A DNA stretch of 64,000 bases. Source: Octopus sinensis (Eukaryota). A program made the position numbers and the translations under genes. The notes below the pieces were generated by a model. It ran no database searches. It was not told where the DNA came from and saw only the letters and a program-made list of their open reading frames with translations. The stretch is taken from contig NC_043000.1 of assembly GCF_006345805.1 (NCBI RefSeq), forward strand, positions 156,860,001 to 156,924,000, read 5' to 3'. This document shows positions 50,198 through 61,497 of the stretch, one piece after another; position 1 is the stretch's first letter; each line of letters starts with the position of its first letter.

Positions 50198-52455
50198 ACA
50201 TTATGAATTATTGCATAAACTATTGGATGAATTTGGAGATCAAAGCTGTGAGCAGTAATCTAATCTACTCAGAGCTAAGGTTTTCCATATATAAATTCTT
50301 TTCCTCATGGACTTTAAAATTAGACCGTGCAAGCTGAGATTCTATGACTCATATCCTCCCTTGCAAAATCTTCTTTGCAGTCATATATATATATAAGGGA
50401 CATATAAAGTAAATATCTGAGCGACAAGTTTAGTTACTAAGATCTCTAACTACAGACCCTGTGAAAGATAGTAGCCTCTTCTTAGTGTCACACATGTAAA
50501 AGCCTATGGTAGCACATAGATGGTCACTCACCCTGATAAAGGATACATTCGACAATGTAGTCCTAGATGCACTACATCTGAAAAACAGAAGATGAGATGT
50601 CTGGTACATCTTTGGTGGTAGGTCTGCTTAGTTAGTGCTGCCTTGATGTGCTGGGACTCTTAGGGCTGGTTGCCTGGTTGGTTTCCATGGAGTATAAGAG
50701 ACCAAGATCACCACATTCCTCCCTGCATGAGATGCCAGTTTATTGCTGGTTACTCATTTACAGTTAAGTGGGCTGTAGCAACATGATATGAAATATTTTG
50801 CTCAAGAAAACAATATACTGCCTGGTCTGACAATTGGAACTTACAATCTTGTGATCATGAGTGTGACACTATTGTCACTAGGTCATACCCTTTCACCATT
50901 TAGTGCTGACCTGTGGCTAAATACAATGATCACTTAATGAAATAATGTATCCCAGAATTCCTATCTTATCTTAGATAAGAACCTGTCTCCTTTTATTTCT
51001 GATTTATTTTCTTTAGTCATTAGTCATCAGCTTTTTCAGGGTCTATAAAACCAGCATCCTCAGCACCATCAAGGCCAAAGGGGCTACTGGTTTCTCCCTG
51101 AATGCCTGAGTATAACTCACCAGTGCTAGTATACTGGGTACTCTTCCTCAGTACATCTATGTTATGTTGCAAGCACCATATGTGACATTAATTACCATAG
51201 ATGGGCTCCATAAAATTAGGGTTTATAAGGCAGGGTTTCAGCTGGTACATCACTCCAAGGTTTATGAATATCTGATGACTCTTCTGTGAAGATGAATAAA
51301 GAAAAAAAGACCTCATAACTCCTTTAAATTTTAGTACCTGTCTTCCCTTGGAGGCATGAAAGAAGTGTTGGGCAACAGATTAAATCTAACACCCAAGAAC
51401 TAAGAATGCAAGGAACCAGGACAGATACTACAAGAAACCTCAGTTGACACTCTAATAATTTGGCCAGTCCACTTCTCTGGATCGGTATTTTGCTTTATTG
51501 ATTCTACCCACCCGCGACCAAAAAATATCAAAAATTGAACCCCAGCAAGATTTGAACTCAGATCACAGAAACCCAGAACAAATATGGCAAGGCAAGTTGC
51601 AATTTACTAAGCTTTCAAATCACTTAGTAACAAGCTGTGTCTATTACAGAATTGGCAGAACAGCTTTCTACAGCAAAGAGCAGGAGCACTGTAAAATTAA
51701 TGAGTGTTCTGATAGCTTACACTAACGGTTTAACTTAGAGGAAAGAGAAAAAAGACTCTGATAGCCTTATTTACAGTGAATAATCTACAGCAAGACAAAT
51801 AGTTTAGTGAAGCCCCTAAAACTTAAAGGGGTGATATATGGTCTTTTGTATGACCTCATACCTTGTGCAAGACAGACTGATGTCCTGTTCAGTTGGGGAA
51901 TCCTGTTGCACTTTCAGCTTAATCATCTAAAAATTTGATCAAGTTCTAGTTTCATTAGTCAGCTGGTTCAAAGCAGGATAAATAAATGATTATATATATA
52001 TAAAAAAAACACAACAACAAAAAGTACTCCACCATCCTTGAGGTTTTATTTCTATCATCAATTAAGTGGTGAAATGAGAGGATATAAATATGGCCGGAAG
52101 AAGTCACAATGTTAGTCATGTGATATAACCATGTGACTATTTAGATGAGGCAAATACTTTAAGGTGCTCAGCTAACATGTTATAGGTCCTTCATTTTGTC
52201 TCTGAGTTAAGTATTATTTCTTACACATATCTGTAGGACCTCATTTTTATAGTGACAGGAAATGATTTTGTTATATGACAATCACATGTTTTTGGCTATT
52301 ATTATTGTTGTTTTTCATTTTCTTACAAATACAAGTTCAAAGTGATAGATGACACGAATATCAGATAGTGAGACAGGAATTTGTAATGTTCCTTCATTCT
52401 TGTAAGAGCATATATGAAGCAGTTAATAAGTATATGCTCTGATACATTCAATATA

Positions 52456-52614
52456 GGCGCAAGAGTGGCTGTGTGGTAAGTAGCTTGCTTACCAACCACA
52501 TGGTTCCAGGTTCAGACCCATTGGTGGAACCTTGGGCAAATGTTTTCTACTATAGCCTCGGGCTTACCAAAGCCTTGTGAGTGGATTTGGTAGATGGAAA
52601 CTGAAAGTAGCCCG

Positions 52615-52665
<51 letters not shown>

Positions 52666-52880
52666 GGTGTGTTTGTGTGTCTGTGTTTGTCCCCCCAACA
52701 TCGCTTGACAACGGATGCTGGTGTGTTTATGTCCCCGACACTTAGTGGTTCCGCAAAAGGGACCAATAGAATAAGTACTAGGCTTACAAAGAATAAGTCC
52801 TGGGGTTGATTTGCTCGACTAAAGACGGTGCTCCAGCATGGCCGCAGTCAAATGACTGAAACAAATAAAGGAATAAAAGA
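52456..52880 (+). mobile_element. SINE family A, full length
   Basis: GGCGCAAGAGTGGCTGTGTGG head through to the tail. Confidence 0.9.
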
Positions 52881-53252
52881 AAAAAAGAATAGGGAGATCA
52901 AAGGCTCCCACACTCTACTTTGCCTACCATCTTTCCAGGGTCCAATAAAACATGTAACAATTAAACGAGATGGGAGAAAATTTAAACATCTATACTCCTC
53001 CAACAAAATCAATACTCTTTGCCCCTATATTGGTTCCAAATTTTGGCACAAGACCAGTAATTTCGAGGAAGGGGCTAAGTTGATTTCATCGACACTGGTG
53101 CTCGACTGATACTTATTTTATCGACCCTGAAAAGGATAAAAAGAAAAGTCAACCTCAGCAGAATTTGAACTCAGAACGTGAAGGCAGATGAAATACTGTT
53201 AAGCATTTAACCCATCAGCTCCTTGCCCTTAGCTCTATATTAAATACCAATA

Positions 53253-54371
53253 GGGCGGCGAGCTGGCAGAACCGTTAGCATGCCGGGTGAAATGCGTAGC
53301 CGTATTTCGTCTGCCGTTATGTTCTGAGTTCAAATTCCGCCGAGGTCGACTTTGCCTTTCATCCTTTTGGGGTCGATAAATTAAGTACCAGTTACGCACT
53401 GGGGTCGATGTAATCGTCTTAATCCGTTTGTTTGTCCTTGTTTGTCCCCTCTATGTTTAGCCCTTTGTGGGTAGTAAAGAAATAGGTATTTCGTCTGCCG
53501 CTACGTTCTGAGTTCAAATTCCGCCGAGGTCGACTTTGCTTTTCATCCTTTCGGGGGTCGATAAATTAAGTACCAGTTAAGAACTGGGGTCGATGTAATC
53601 GTCTTAATCCGTTTGTTTGTCCTTGTTTGTCCCCTCTATGTTTAGCCCCTTGTGGGTAGTAAAGAAATAGGTATTTCGTCTGCCGCTACGTTCTGAGTTC
53701 AAATTCCGCCGAGGTCGACTTTGCTTTTCATCCTTTCGGGGGTCGATAAATTAAGTACCAGTTAAGCACTGGGGTCGATGTAATCGTCTTAATCCGTTTG
53801 TTTGTCCTTGTTTGTCCCCTCTATGTTTAGCCCCTTGTGGGTAGTAAAGAAATAGGTATTTCGTCTGCCGCTACGTTCTGAGTTCAAATTCCGCCGAGGT
53901 CGACTTTGCTTTTCATCCTTTCGGGGGTTGATAAATTAAGTACCAGTTAAGCACTGGGGTCGATGTAATCGTCTTAATCCGTTTGTTTGTCCTTGTTTGT
54001 CCCCTCTATGTTTAGCCCCTTGTGGGTAGTAAAGAAATAGGTATTTCGTCTGCCGCTACGTTCTGAGTTCAAATTCCGCCGAGGTCGACTTTGCTTTTCA
54101 TCCTTTCGGGGGTCGATAAATTAAGTACCAGTTAAGCACTGGGGTCGATGTAATCGTCTTAATCCGTTTTTTTGTCTTTGTTTGTCCCCTCTATCTTTAG
54201 CCCCTTGTGGGTAGTAAAGAAATAGGTATTTCATCTGCCGTTACGTTCTGGGTTCAAATTCCGCCGATTAAGTACCAGTTACGCACTGGGGTCGATGTAA
54301 TCGTCTTAATCCGTTTGTTTGTCCTTGTTTGTCCCCTCTATGTTTAGCCCCTTGTGGGTAGTAAAGAAATA
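53253..54371 (+). mobile_element. SINE B hexamer (184-185-bp units) inside one 17-bp TSD
   Basis: Unit starts at 53302, 53486, 53671, 53856, 54041 and 54226 (last unit internally deleted). TSD TATATTAAATACCAATA at 53236-53252 and 54372-54388. Confidence 0.93.
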
Positions 54372-54829
54372 TATATTAAATACCAATACATTACATACAT
54401 TTACCTTAAAGTTTCTTCTTGAGATACGAGAATTCATAACTTGCCTTAGAGTTAAGTGGTCTTCTTTCTTCCACTTTCTTCTCTTTTCTGTCTTCTCTTT
54501 TTATACAACCATTATTACACCGTTCCTTGAACAATTTCTGTTGTTGTTTTTTAAGCATTAATACCAGCTTCGTATGTACCGTGCTGCTTTTATGAAAAAA
54601 AGCAAGATCTCTGATGACTGACATAACAACCGTAATGATTAACAGCATCAGTGGCTGCTGCTGTTGCTATTATTACTTATGGTGAAATCATTACTGCGTG
54701 TTGGTGACATAGCTTTGTTATTTGTTATTTCAAGCGGATGGTGACATATCATTTTATATTCTGTCATAGTATTTTCTAGAATTTCCTCCTCCACCCCTGC
54801 TTAAGTCGGCAAGATATGAATATGTAGAA

Positions 54830-55715
54830 GTGTGTGTACGTGCGCGTGTGCATGCGTGCGTGTGTGTGTGTGTGGTGTGTTGTGTGTGTGTGTGTATGTG
54901 TGTGAGTGTGTGTATGTGTATGTGTGTGAGTGTGTTTGTGTATGTGTGTGAGTGTGTGTGTTTGTGTATGTGTGTGTGAGTGTGTGTGTGTTTGTGTATG
55001 TGTGTGAGTGTGTGTGTGTGTTTGTGTATGTGTGTGTGAGTGTGTGTGTGTTTGTATGTGTGTATGTGTGTGAGTGTGTGTGTATGAGTGTGTGTGTATG
55101 AGTGTGTGTGTGTGTGTGTATGAGTGTGTGAGTGTGTGTGTGTTTGTGTATGTGTGTGAGTGTGTGTGTGTGTGTTTGTGTGTGTGTATGAGTGTGTGTG
55201 TGTGTATGAGTGTGTGAGTGTGTGTGTGTTTGTATATGTGTGTGTGTGTGTGTTTGTGTGTGTGTGTGAGTGTGTGTGTATGAGTGTGTGTGTGTGTGTA
55301 TGAGTGTGTGTGTGTATGAGTGTGTGTGTGTGTGTATGAGTGTGTGAGTGTGTGTGTGTGTTTGTATATGTGTGTGAGTGTGTGTGTGTGTGTGAGTGTG
55401 TGTGTGTGTTTGTGTATGTGTGTGAGTGTGTGTGTATGAGTGTGTGTGTATGAGTGTGTGTGTATGAGTGTGTGAGTGTGTTTGTGTATGTGTGTGAGTG
55501 TGTGTGTGTTTGTGTATGTGTGTGTGAGTGTGTGTGTGTGTTTGTGTATGTGTGTGAGTGTGTGTGTGAGTGTATGTGTGTGTGTGAGTGTGTGTGTTTG
55601 TGTGTGTGAGTCTGTGTGTGAGTGTGTGTGTATGATTGTGTGTGTATGAGTGTGTGTGCGTGTGTGTGTGTATGTGTGTGTGTGTGTATGTGTGTGTTTG
55701 TTTGTGTGTGTGTGG
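54830..55715. repeat. About 0.9-kb degenerate (GT)n compound microsatellite
   Basis: Direct reading; source of the His/Thr-rich ORFs. Confidence 0.93.
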
Positions 55716-55844
55716 TTTGAATATCTGCAAACTGTTCTAAATAGCTAAGGTTCCATTTTAGTATCTGTGCTGAATTCGACAGAACCATGTGAATGGTTCT
55801 GACAAAGATTTTAAAACTACTCCTATTGAAATGTGTGTGTGTGT

Positions 55845-55875
<31 letters not shown>

Positions 55876-56023
55876 CGTATGTGTGTTTGTGTGTGTGTGT
55901 GCATGTGTGGGTGTGCATGTGCATGTGGGCATGTATGCACAAACATGGATATACATTTACTTATATATTCTTGTTTGTGAGTGTACATATGGACACACAC
56001 ACACACACATACACATACACATA

Positions 56024-56989
56024 CAAGGTTCAGTGCTTGGGCCCTTGTTGTTCTTAGTCTTCATAAATGACTTGCCCGACGACCTCACGCAACACACCCT
56101 TCTATTTGCCGACGATATCAAACTGGTCGCTCCTCGCGGTAGTATAGAGGATCTTCGTCGATGCCTCCACCAAATTTGGAAGTGGTCTAACAATTGGGAC
56201 CTGTGTCTGAACGTGTCAAAGTGCTGTCATCTGCCTGTCGGCTCTACTCCTGCAACTCAACTTGATTTCGAGCCGGGTCGTCTGCTGCTGGAGAGGACCG
56301 ATCAGGTAAAGGACCTGGGTATCTTGGTGGATTCCTCCTTTTCGCCTTCGGCCCAGTGCGTCCATGCTGCCAACAAAGCGCGCGGAATTCTGTTTTTGAT
56401 TCGACGGTCATTCGGAATGCTCACAGCAGCCATATTCCTGCCACTCTATGTCACGCTGGTGAGACCCATATTGGAGTATGGGATTCAAGCCTCTTCTCCT
56501 TATCTCCTCAAAGACATACAGCACCTCGAAAGAGTCCAGAGGCTGGCTACCCGCATGGTTCATGGTCTCAAAAATTTGTCCTACGAAGAAAGGCTGAGGA
56601 TGCTCGACCTTTATTCTCTTGAAAAACGCCGCCGCCGTGGTGATCTCATTCTCGCCCACAACATCATAAGCGGGAAGTGTAACCTCTCGAAAGAGCTGTT
56701 CTTCACTCCTGCTCCGGAGCGTCGGCTGCGGGGTCATTCCGAAAAGCTCTACCTGCGACGATTTCATCTCAATCGAAGGAGAGGAGCTTTCTCCGTCCGG
56801 GTTGCGGATCCGTGGAACAAGCTGCCAGACGAGATGGTGAAGATGCCGACGACCGCTTTGTTCAAAGCCTCCCTGGACCTCAAGTGGCCTGAACTCTTTA
56901 CATGAACACCACCCTGTACTTAACTCCATGTCCCCCTACATGGCCTTGCTATTTGCTTTTGAGCCAAATTAACTAACTAACTAACTAAC
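56024..56989 (+). mobile_element. CR1-clade LINE, 5'-truncated, RT C-terminal half in an intact frame
   Basis: QGSVLGPLLF, FADDIKL, KDLGI, LVRPILEY, LERVQR, YEERL, RRRRGDLI, LRGH, WNKLP; stop at 56905; (TAAC)n tail. Confidence 0.93.
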
Positions 56990-57030
56990 ATATATACATT
57001 TAAATACATGTAGATATTTTTATTTTTTTA

Positions 57031-57373
57031 TTTATCTAGTTTCAGCTCACAAGCTGTGGCCATGCTGGGGCACCGCCATTTGGTGTTGCTACATGATTTT
57101 ACTTCACGAGTGCTTTTTAGCAATTGCCATTTGGTGCATGAGAGAGTTCGATGCTGCTGCCCTCATCTGCACCTCCTGCCGTGAAGTTGGTTCATCTGGG
57201 ACACCGACAGGAAGAAATCCAGTTTCATTTTAAAGACATCTGCGTCCACCCCATGCAGGTCTCTTAGGTTCTTCGGGAGGATATTGAAGAGCTGTGGGCC
57301 TCGGAAGCCCAGGCTATCACAGTATCTTGTCCTACATCTTGATGGCAAATTTGGAGTCCTTGGCACTATGCAG
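57031..57373 (-). mobile_element. CR1/L2-like LINE ORF2 C-terminus and 3' tail
   Basis: SLGFRGPQLFNILPKNLR..FKMKLDFFLSV/PDEP..RAAASNSL; tail GGCGGTGCCCCAGCATGGCCACAGC..CTGAAACTAGATAAA. Confidence 0.8.
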
Positions 57374-58034
57374 TGGTATACTTATAATATCTGTATATTT
57401 ATGTGGATATATAAGAATATGTATGCATACACACACAACACACACACACACACATATATACATATATATTGTTGTATTTTGGGATGGTCACTTTATTTAT
57501 TTATTTATTTATTTATATATTTATTTATTTTCCTTTGCGGAATAAACACACGCACTATATATACATGTATTTTTTTTCTTCACTCATTTATTACTGTTCT
57601 TATTTTTTAATTTTAACTCATGTCCATCTGTGACCTCTTCAGCGACACTTTTTGTTTCCGTGCGTGTTCTTGCTCCACTTACTCCATACAGTTCTTGTAA
57701 GATGTGTATCCTTATGTGCACACGAATTGAATAGTATGTGTGCATGAACACATCCCTAATGTCTTTGGTCATGTGGTGTGGTGTGGTGGTGGGTGTTACT
57801 GTTCCATTCAAGCACATTCATTCATGTGCACATACTGTTCTATTTTTGCCCCCTAAGAATACACATCTTAGAAGAACAGAATGGAGTAAGTGGATCAAGG
57901 GCGCACATAGAAACGAAAGGTGTCACTGAAGAGGTCACAGATGTGTGACAAAAGATTTTCGGACAATGGACATAAGTTAAAATAATAAAAGAAAAACAGT
58001 AATAAACAATAAAAATTTATATATATATATGTGT

Positions 58035-58068
<34 letters not shown>

Positions 58069-58747
58069 CCGTTTAACGTCCGTTTTCCGCGCTAGCACGG
58101 GTTGGATGGTTCGACCGGGGTCTGGGAAGCCAGGGGTTGCACCAGGCTCCAGTCTAATCTGGCAGTGTTTCTACAGCTGGATGCCCTTCCTAACGCCAAG
58201 CACTCCGTGAGTGTAGTGGGTGCTTTTTACGTGCCACCGGCACAGGTGCCAGGGGGGTCTGGCATCGACCACGATCGGCTGGTGCTTTTAACGTGCCACC
58301 GGCACAGAAGCCAGTCAAGGCAGCGCTGGCATCGGGCACGTTCGGATGGTGCTTTTTATGTGCCACTGGCACAGAAGCGAGTCGAGGCGGCGCTGGCATC
58401 GGCCATATATATATATATATATCATCATCATCGTTTAACGTCCATTTTCCGCGCTAGCACAGGTTGGACGGTTCGACCGGGGTCTGGGAAGCCAGGGGCT
58501 GCACCAGGCTCCAGTCTGATCTGGCAGTGTTTCTACAGCTGGATGCCCTTCCTAACGCCAACCACCCCGCGAGTATATATATATATATATATATATAGTG
58601 TGTGTGTGTTTATTTGGCAAAAAATAAAAATAATTGAAAAAATAAAAAATAAAATAATAAATAAAATCACCATCCTGAGATACAACAAAATCTGTTTCAA
58701 TCTATGATTTCACATCAGGAACCTTGCAAAACAAATTGATAAACATA

Positions 58748-58783
<36 letters not shown>

Positions 58784-59725
58784 ATAAGAGCACAGATAGT
58801 GTGCCTAAAGCCAGCTGGAGACGATGATCTCCTGGGGCTAAAAGCTACAGTAACACACCCCACTTTGTGGTTAGACATATTGAGATGGCTGTTATACTTT
58901 ACGTTGTCGAGCGGTTACTGTTTACATCTCGCTCTGAGATTTATTTATTGCTATATATATATATATAAAGTATCAAACATTTTCATCGAGTTAGAAAACA
59001 GAGAGATCTGATGGATCTAAATCAATTTATTAATTAATCAAAACACATACACACTCACACACACACATTTCAATATTTGTTGTTCTAAAATTTTGGTGAA
59101 TATGTTGATTAATTAATAAATTCATTTGTATCCATTTGATTTCTCTGTTTTCTAAATCAATGAAAATGTTTGATATTTTACAACATCCTATAGAATATAT
59201 TCATTGAAGAATTCTCTTTTCAGTATATAATATATTAAATCAGTGTGTCGTGTATGAATATCTTTATAGGAGGTGTAAATATCCCCATTGTGACTATGTA
59301 TATATGATATATATATGTGTGTGTGTGCGTGTATATGTACATATATATATATATCATCATCATCATCATTGTTTAGCGTCTGTTCTCCATCCTAGCATGG
59401 GTTGGACGGTTCAACTGGGGTCTGGGAAGCCAGGAGGCTGCACCAGGCCCAGTCTGATCTGGCAATGTTTCTACGGCTGGATGCCCTTCCTAACGCCAAC
59501 CACTCCATGAGTGTAGTGGGTGCTTTTTACGTGCCACCAGCACAGGTGCCAGACGAGGCTGGCTAACAGCCATGATCGGATGGTGCTTTTTACGTGCCAC
59601 CGGCATGGGGGCCAGGTGAGGCTGGCAATGGCCACGAACGGATGGTGCTTTTTACGTGCCACCGGCATGGGGGGCAGGCGAGGCTGGCAAACGGCCACGA
59701 TCGGATGGTGCTTTTTACATGCCAC
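58035..59725 (-). mobile_element. Three SINE family D copies (58035-58404, 58422-58573, 59353-59725), two with an internal 62-67-bp repeat
   Basis: GGTGCTTTTTAC anchor at 59519, 59582, 59644 and 59707, and at 58219, 58281 and 58348. Confidence 0.8.
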
Positions 59726-59737
59726 ATATATATATAT

Positions 59738-59951
59738 TTTCAAAATGTGATCTCGTGTGTACCGATGGCGATTTTTTTCCTCTGTCTTCCCTTCTCTGGA
59801 TCTTTCCTTCTCCTATGTTTCCAACGAAGAGCTCCACTCGAAACGTTAAGCCCTCCTTCTTCCCGTCCTTCCTGGGCGTCCAATAATACTATATTTGTTC
59901 CATGTCCTCGCGTTGTTGTGTTTTTTTGTGTTTTCTTGTTTGGATTAACTT

Positions 59952-59952
<1 letters not shown>
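59738..59952 (+). mobile_element. (TA)n-flanked Penelope-like pLTR fragment with a degenerate hammerhead
   Basis: CCAACGA-AGAGCTCCACTC-GAAACGTT at 59821-59847. Confidence 0.45.
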
Positions 59953-59987
<35 letters not shown>

Positions 59988-60007
59988 TATATATATAAAT
60001 ATGTATT

Positions 60008-60213
60008 TTTATTTTATAGAAGGAACTTCTACAGGACTAGAACTGTTTCATTCAGATGAAATCCTCAGGAAGCTGGCTGTCAAAATAAGTTCTGGTATTT
60101 ATGCATGCCTAAATGCATAAATACCAGAACTTATTTTGACAGCCAGCTTCCTGAAGATTTCATCTAAATGAAAACAGTTCTAGTCCTGTAGAAGCTCCCT
60201 TCTATAAAATAAA
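60008..60213. repeat. Long inverted repeat (arms about 99 and 101 bp, 6-nt loop)
   Basis: Arms 60008-60106 and 60113-60213; 3 substitutions and 2 single-base indels; inner 42 bp perfect. Confidence 0.95.
60024..60074 (-). ncRNA. Type I hammerhead-ribozyme-like motif (left arm of a palindrome)
   Basis: AGCUUC-CUGAGGA-UUUCAUCUGAAU-GAAA-CAG-UUCUAGUC-CUG-UA|GAAGUU: complete core, 6-bp stem I, stem III with a central CUAG, GUA site. Stem II is short with a U.U closure. Confidence 0.55.
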
Positions 60214-60312
60214 TTACTTTACTCTGCGATGTATTGAGTACCTTATTTACTGTGGTTAACCCCGACTCAACCCGGGACCTACACATATAATATATATATA
60301 TATATATATATA

Positions 60313-60458
60313 CAAGTTGTAAGGGGTGCAAATGAGGGTAGCTACATCAAACTCCATTCTTCACCAAGTGCCACATATTAGAGGAGGCTCTCAGTAATAA
60401 CAGTGTAGCAAGACGGCGGTGCATCAGCATGGTCGCAGCTCTGAGCTGAAACTAGAGA
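60313..60458 (+). mobile_element. 3' end of the same LINE type as 57031-57373
   Basis: QMRVATSNSILHQ resembles QMRAAASNSLMHQ; tail GGCGGTGCATCAGCATGGTCGCAGC..CTGAAACTAG. Confidence 0.65.
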
Positions 60459-60465
60459 GAAAAAA

Positions 60466-60511
<46 letters not shown>

Positions 60512-60604
60512 AATAATAAAAGGGTAAAATTAATTAATTATTAATTAATTTTACCAAGTAGTGTTCAGTATGTAAAAAGACCATTTACGGTATATTTAAA
60601 ACAT

Positions 60605-60804
60605 TACGTTATATAATTAGGGTTCAGTAAAAAAATTTACTTTACCACACACCGAACTTTTAGAAATAGCAGCCAAAAAGTTTTAGCTATTTCTTCGGGG
60701 AGACTTTTCTTATAGTAGAAGAATAGCTAAACTTTTTGGCTGCTATTTAAAAGTTCGGTGTGGGTAAAGTAAATTTTTTTACTGAACCCTAATTACATAA
60801 CGTA
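60605..60804. repeat. Second long inverted repeat (arms about 92 and 87 bp, 21-nt loop)
   Basis: Arms 60605-60696 and 60718-60804, followed by (TA)n. Confidence 0.92.
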
Positions 60805-61038
60805 TATATATATATATATATATAAGCATATATATTCATATATCTATATGTATACATTTATATACATATATATGATTGCATATGTGTGTATATGCATATT
60901 CACACATACACATAAACATTTATATATATAAAAAAAAACTGTTTTATAAGCACACTTGTGAAGTGGTATCACCTGTCAATTATCTAATGCTTATGCTATT
61001 TACAGAGGTGAACTGTAGTACCTGATTATGCATATATT

Positions 61039-61269
61039 TATTTCTTTACTGCCCACAGGGTGATAAACATAGAGGGGACAAACAAGGACAGACAAAGGGA
61101 CTAAGTCGATAACATCGATCCCAGTGTGTAACTGGTACTTATTTAATCAACCCTGAAAGGATGAAAGGCAAAGTTGACCTTGGTGGAATTTGAACACAGA
61201 ATGTAACGGTGGATGAAATACCACTAGGTATTTCACCTGGTGTGCTAACGATACTACCAGCTCACCGTC
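61039..61269 (-). mobile_element. SINE B monomer (multimer-type tail) with an 18-bp TSD
   Basis: TSD CCTGATTATGCATATATT at 61021-61038 and 61270-61287. Confidence 0.88.
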
Positions 61270-61497
61270 CCTGATTATGCATATATTACAGATAGCTAGG
61301 AAGGCGGTCAAATGGACTCAACCTGTTTTAGTGTAGTAAATAATTTATTTGTTTTAACACCAGCACCTATCTCGGGTGCATTTGGCTGAGTCCACTTTGT
61401 GGTCGGTTTACACATCAGGTGAGTGGATTGCACAACTGCTTGGATTGCACATTGCCACATACAACAGCAACCTACAAAAGTTAAGTGTCCTTAAACA

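Noticed and set aside
51262-51300. CTGATGA motif resembling a hammerhead core
   Set aside because: Followed by GAAT rather than GAAA, with no stem I or III.
54754-55956. 400-aa and 309-aa His/Thr-rich ORFs
   Set aside because: Translations of a (CA)n microsatellite, which lacks stop codons.
55793-56023. N-terminal part of the 370-aa ORF
   Set aside because: Microsatellite read-through; only 56024-56905 is LINE RT.
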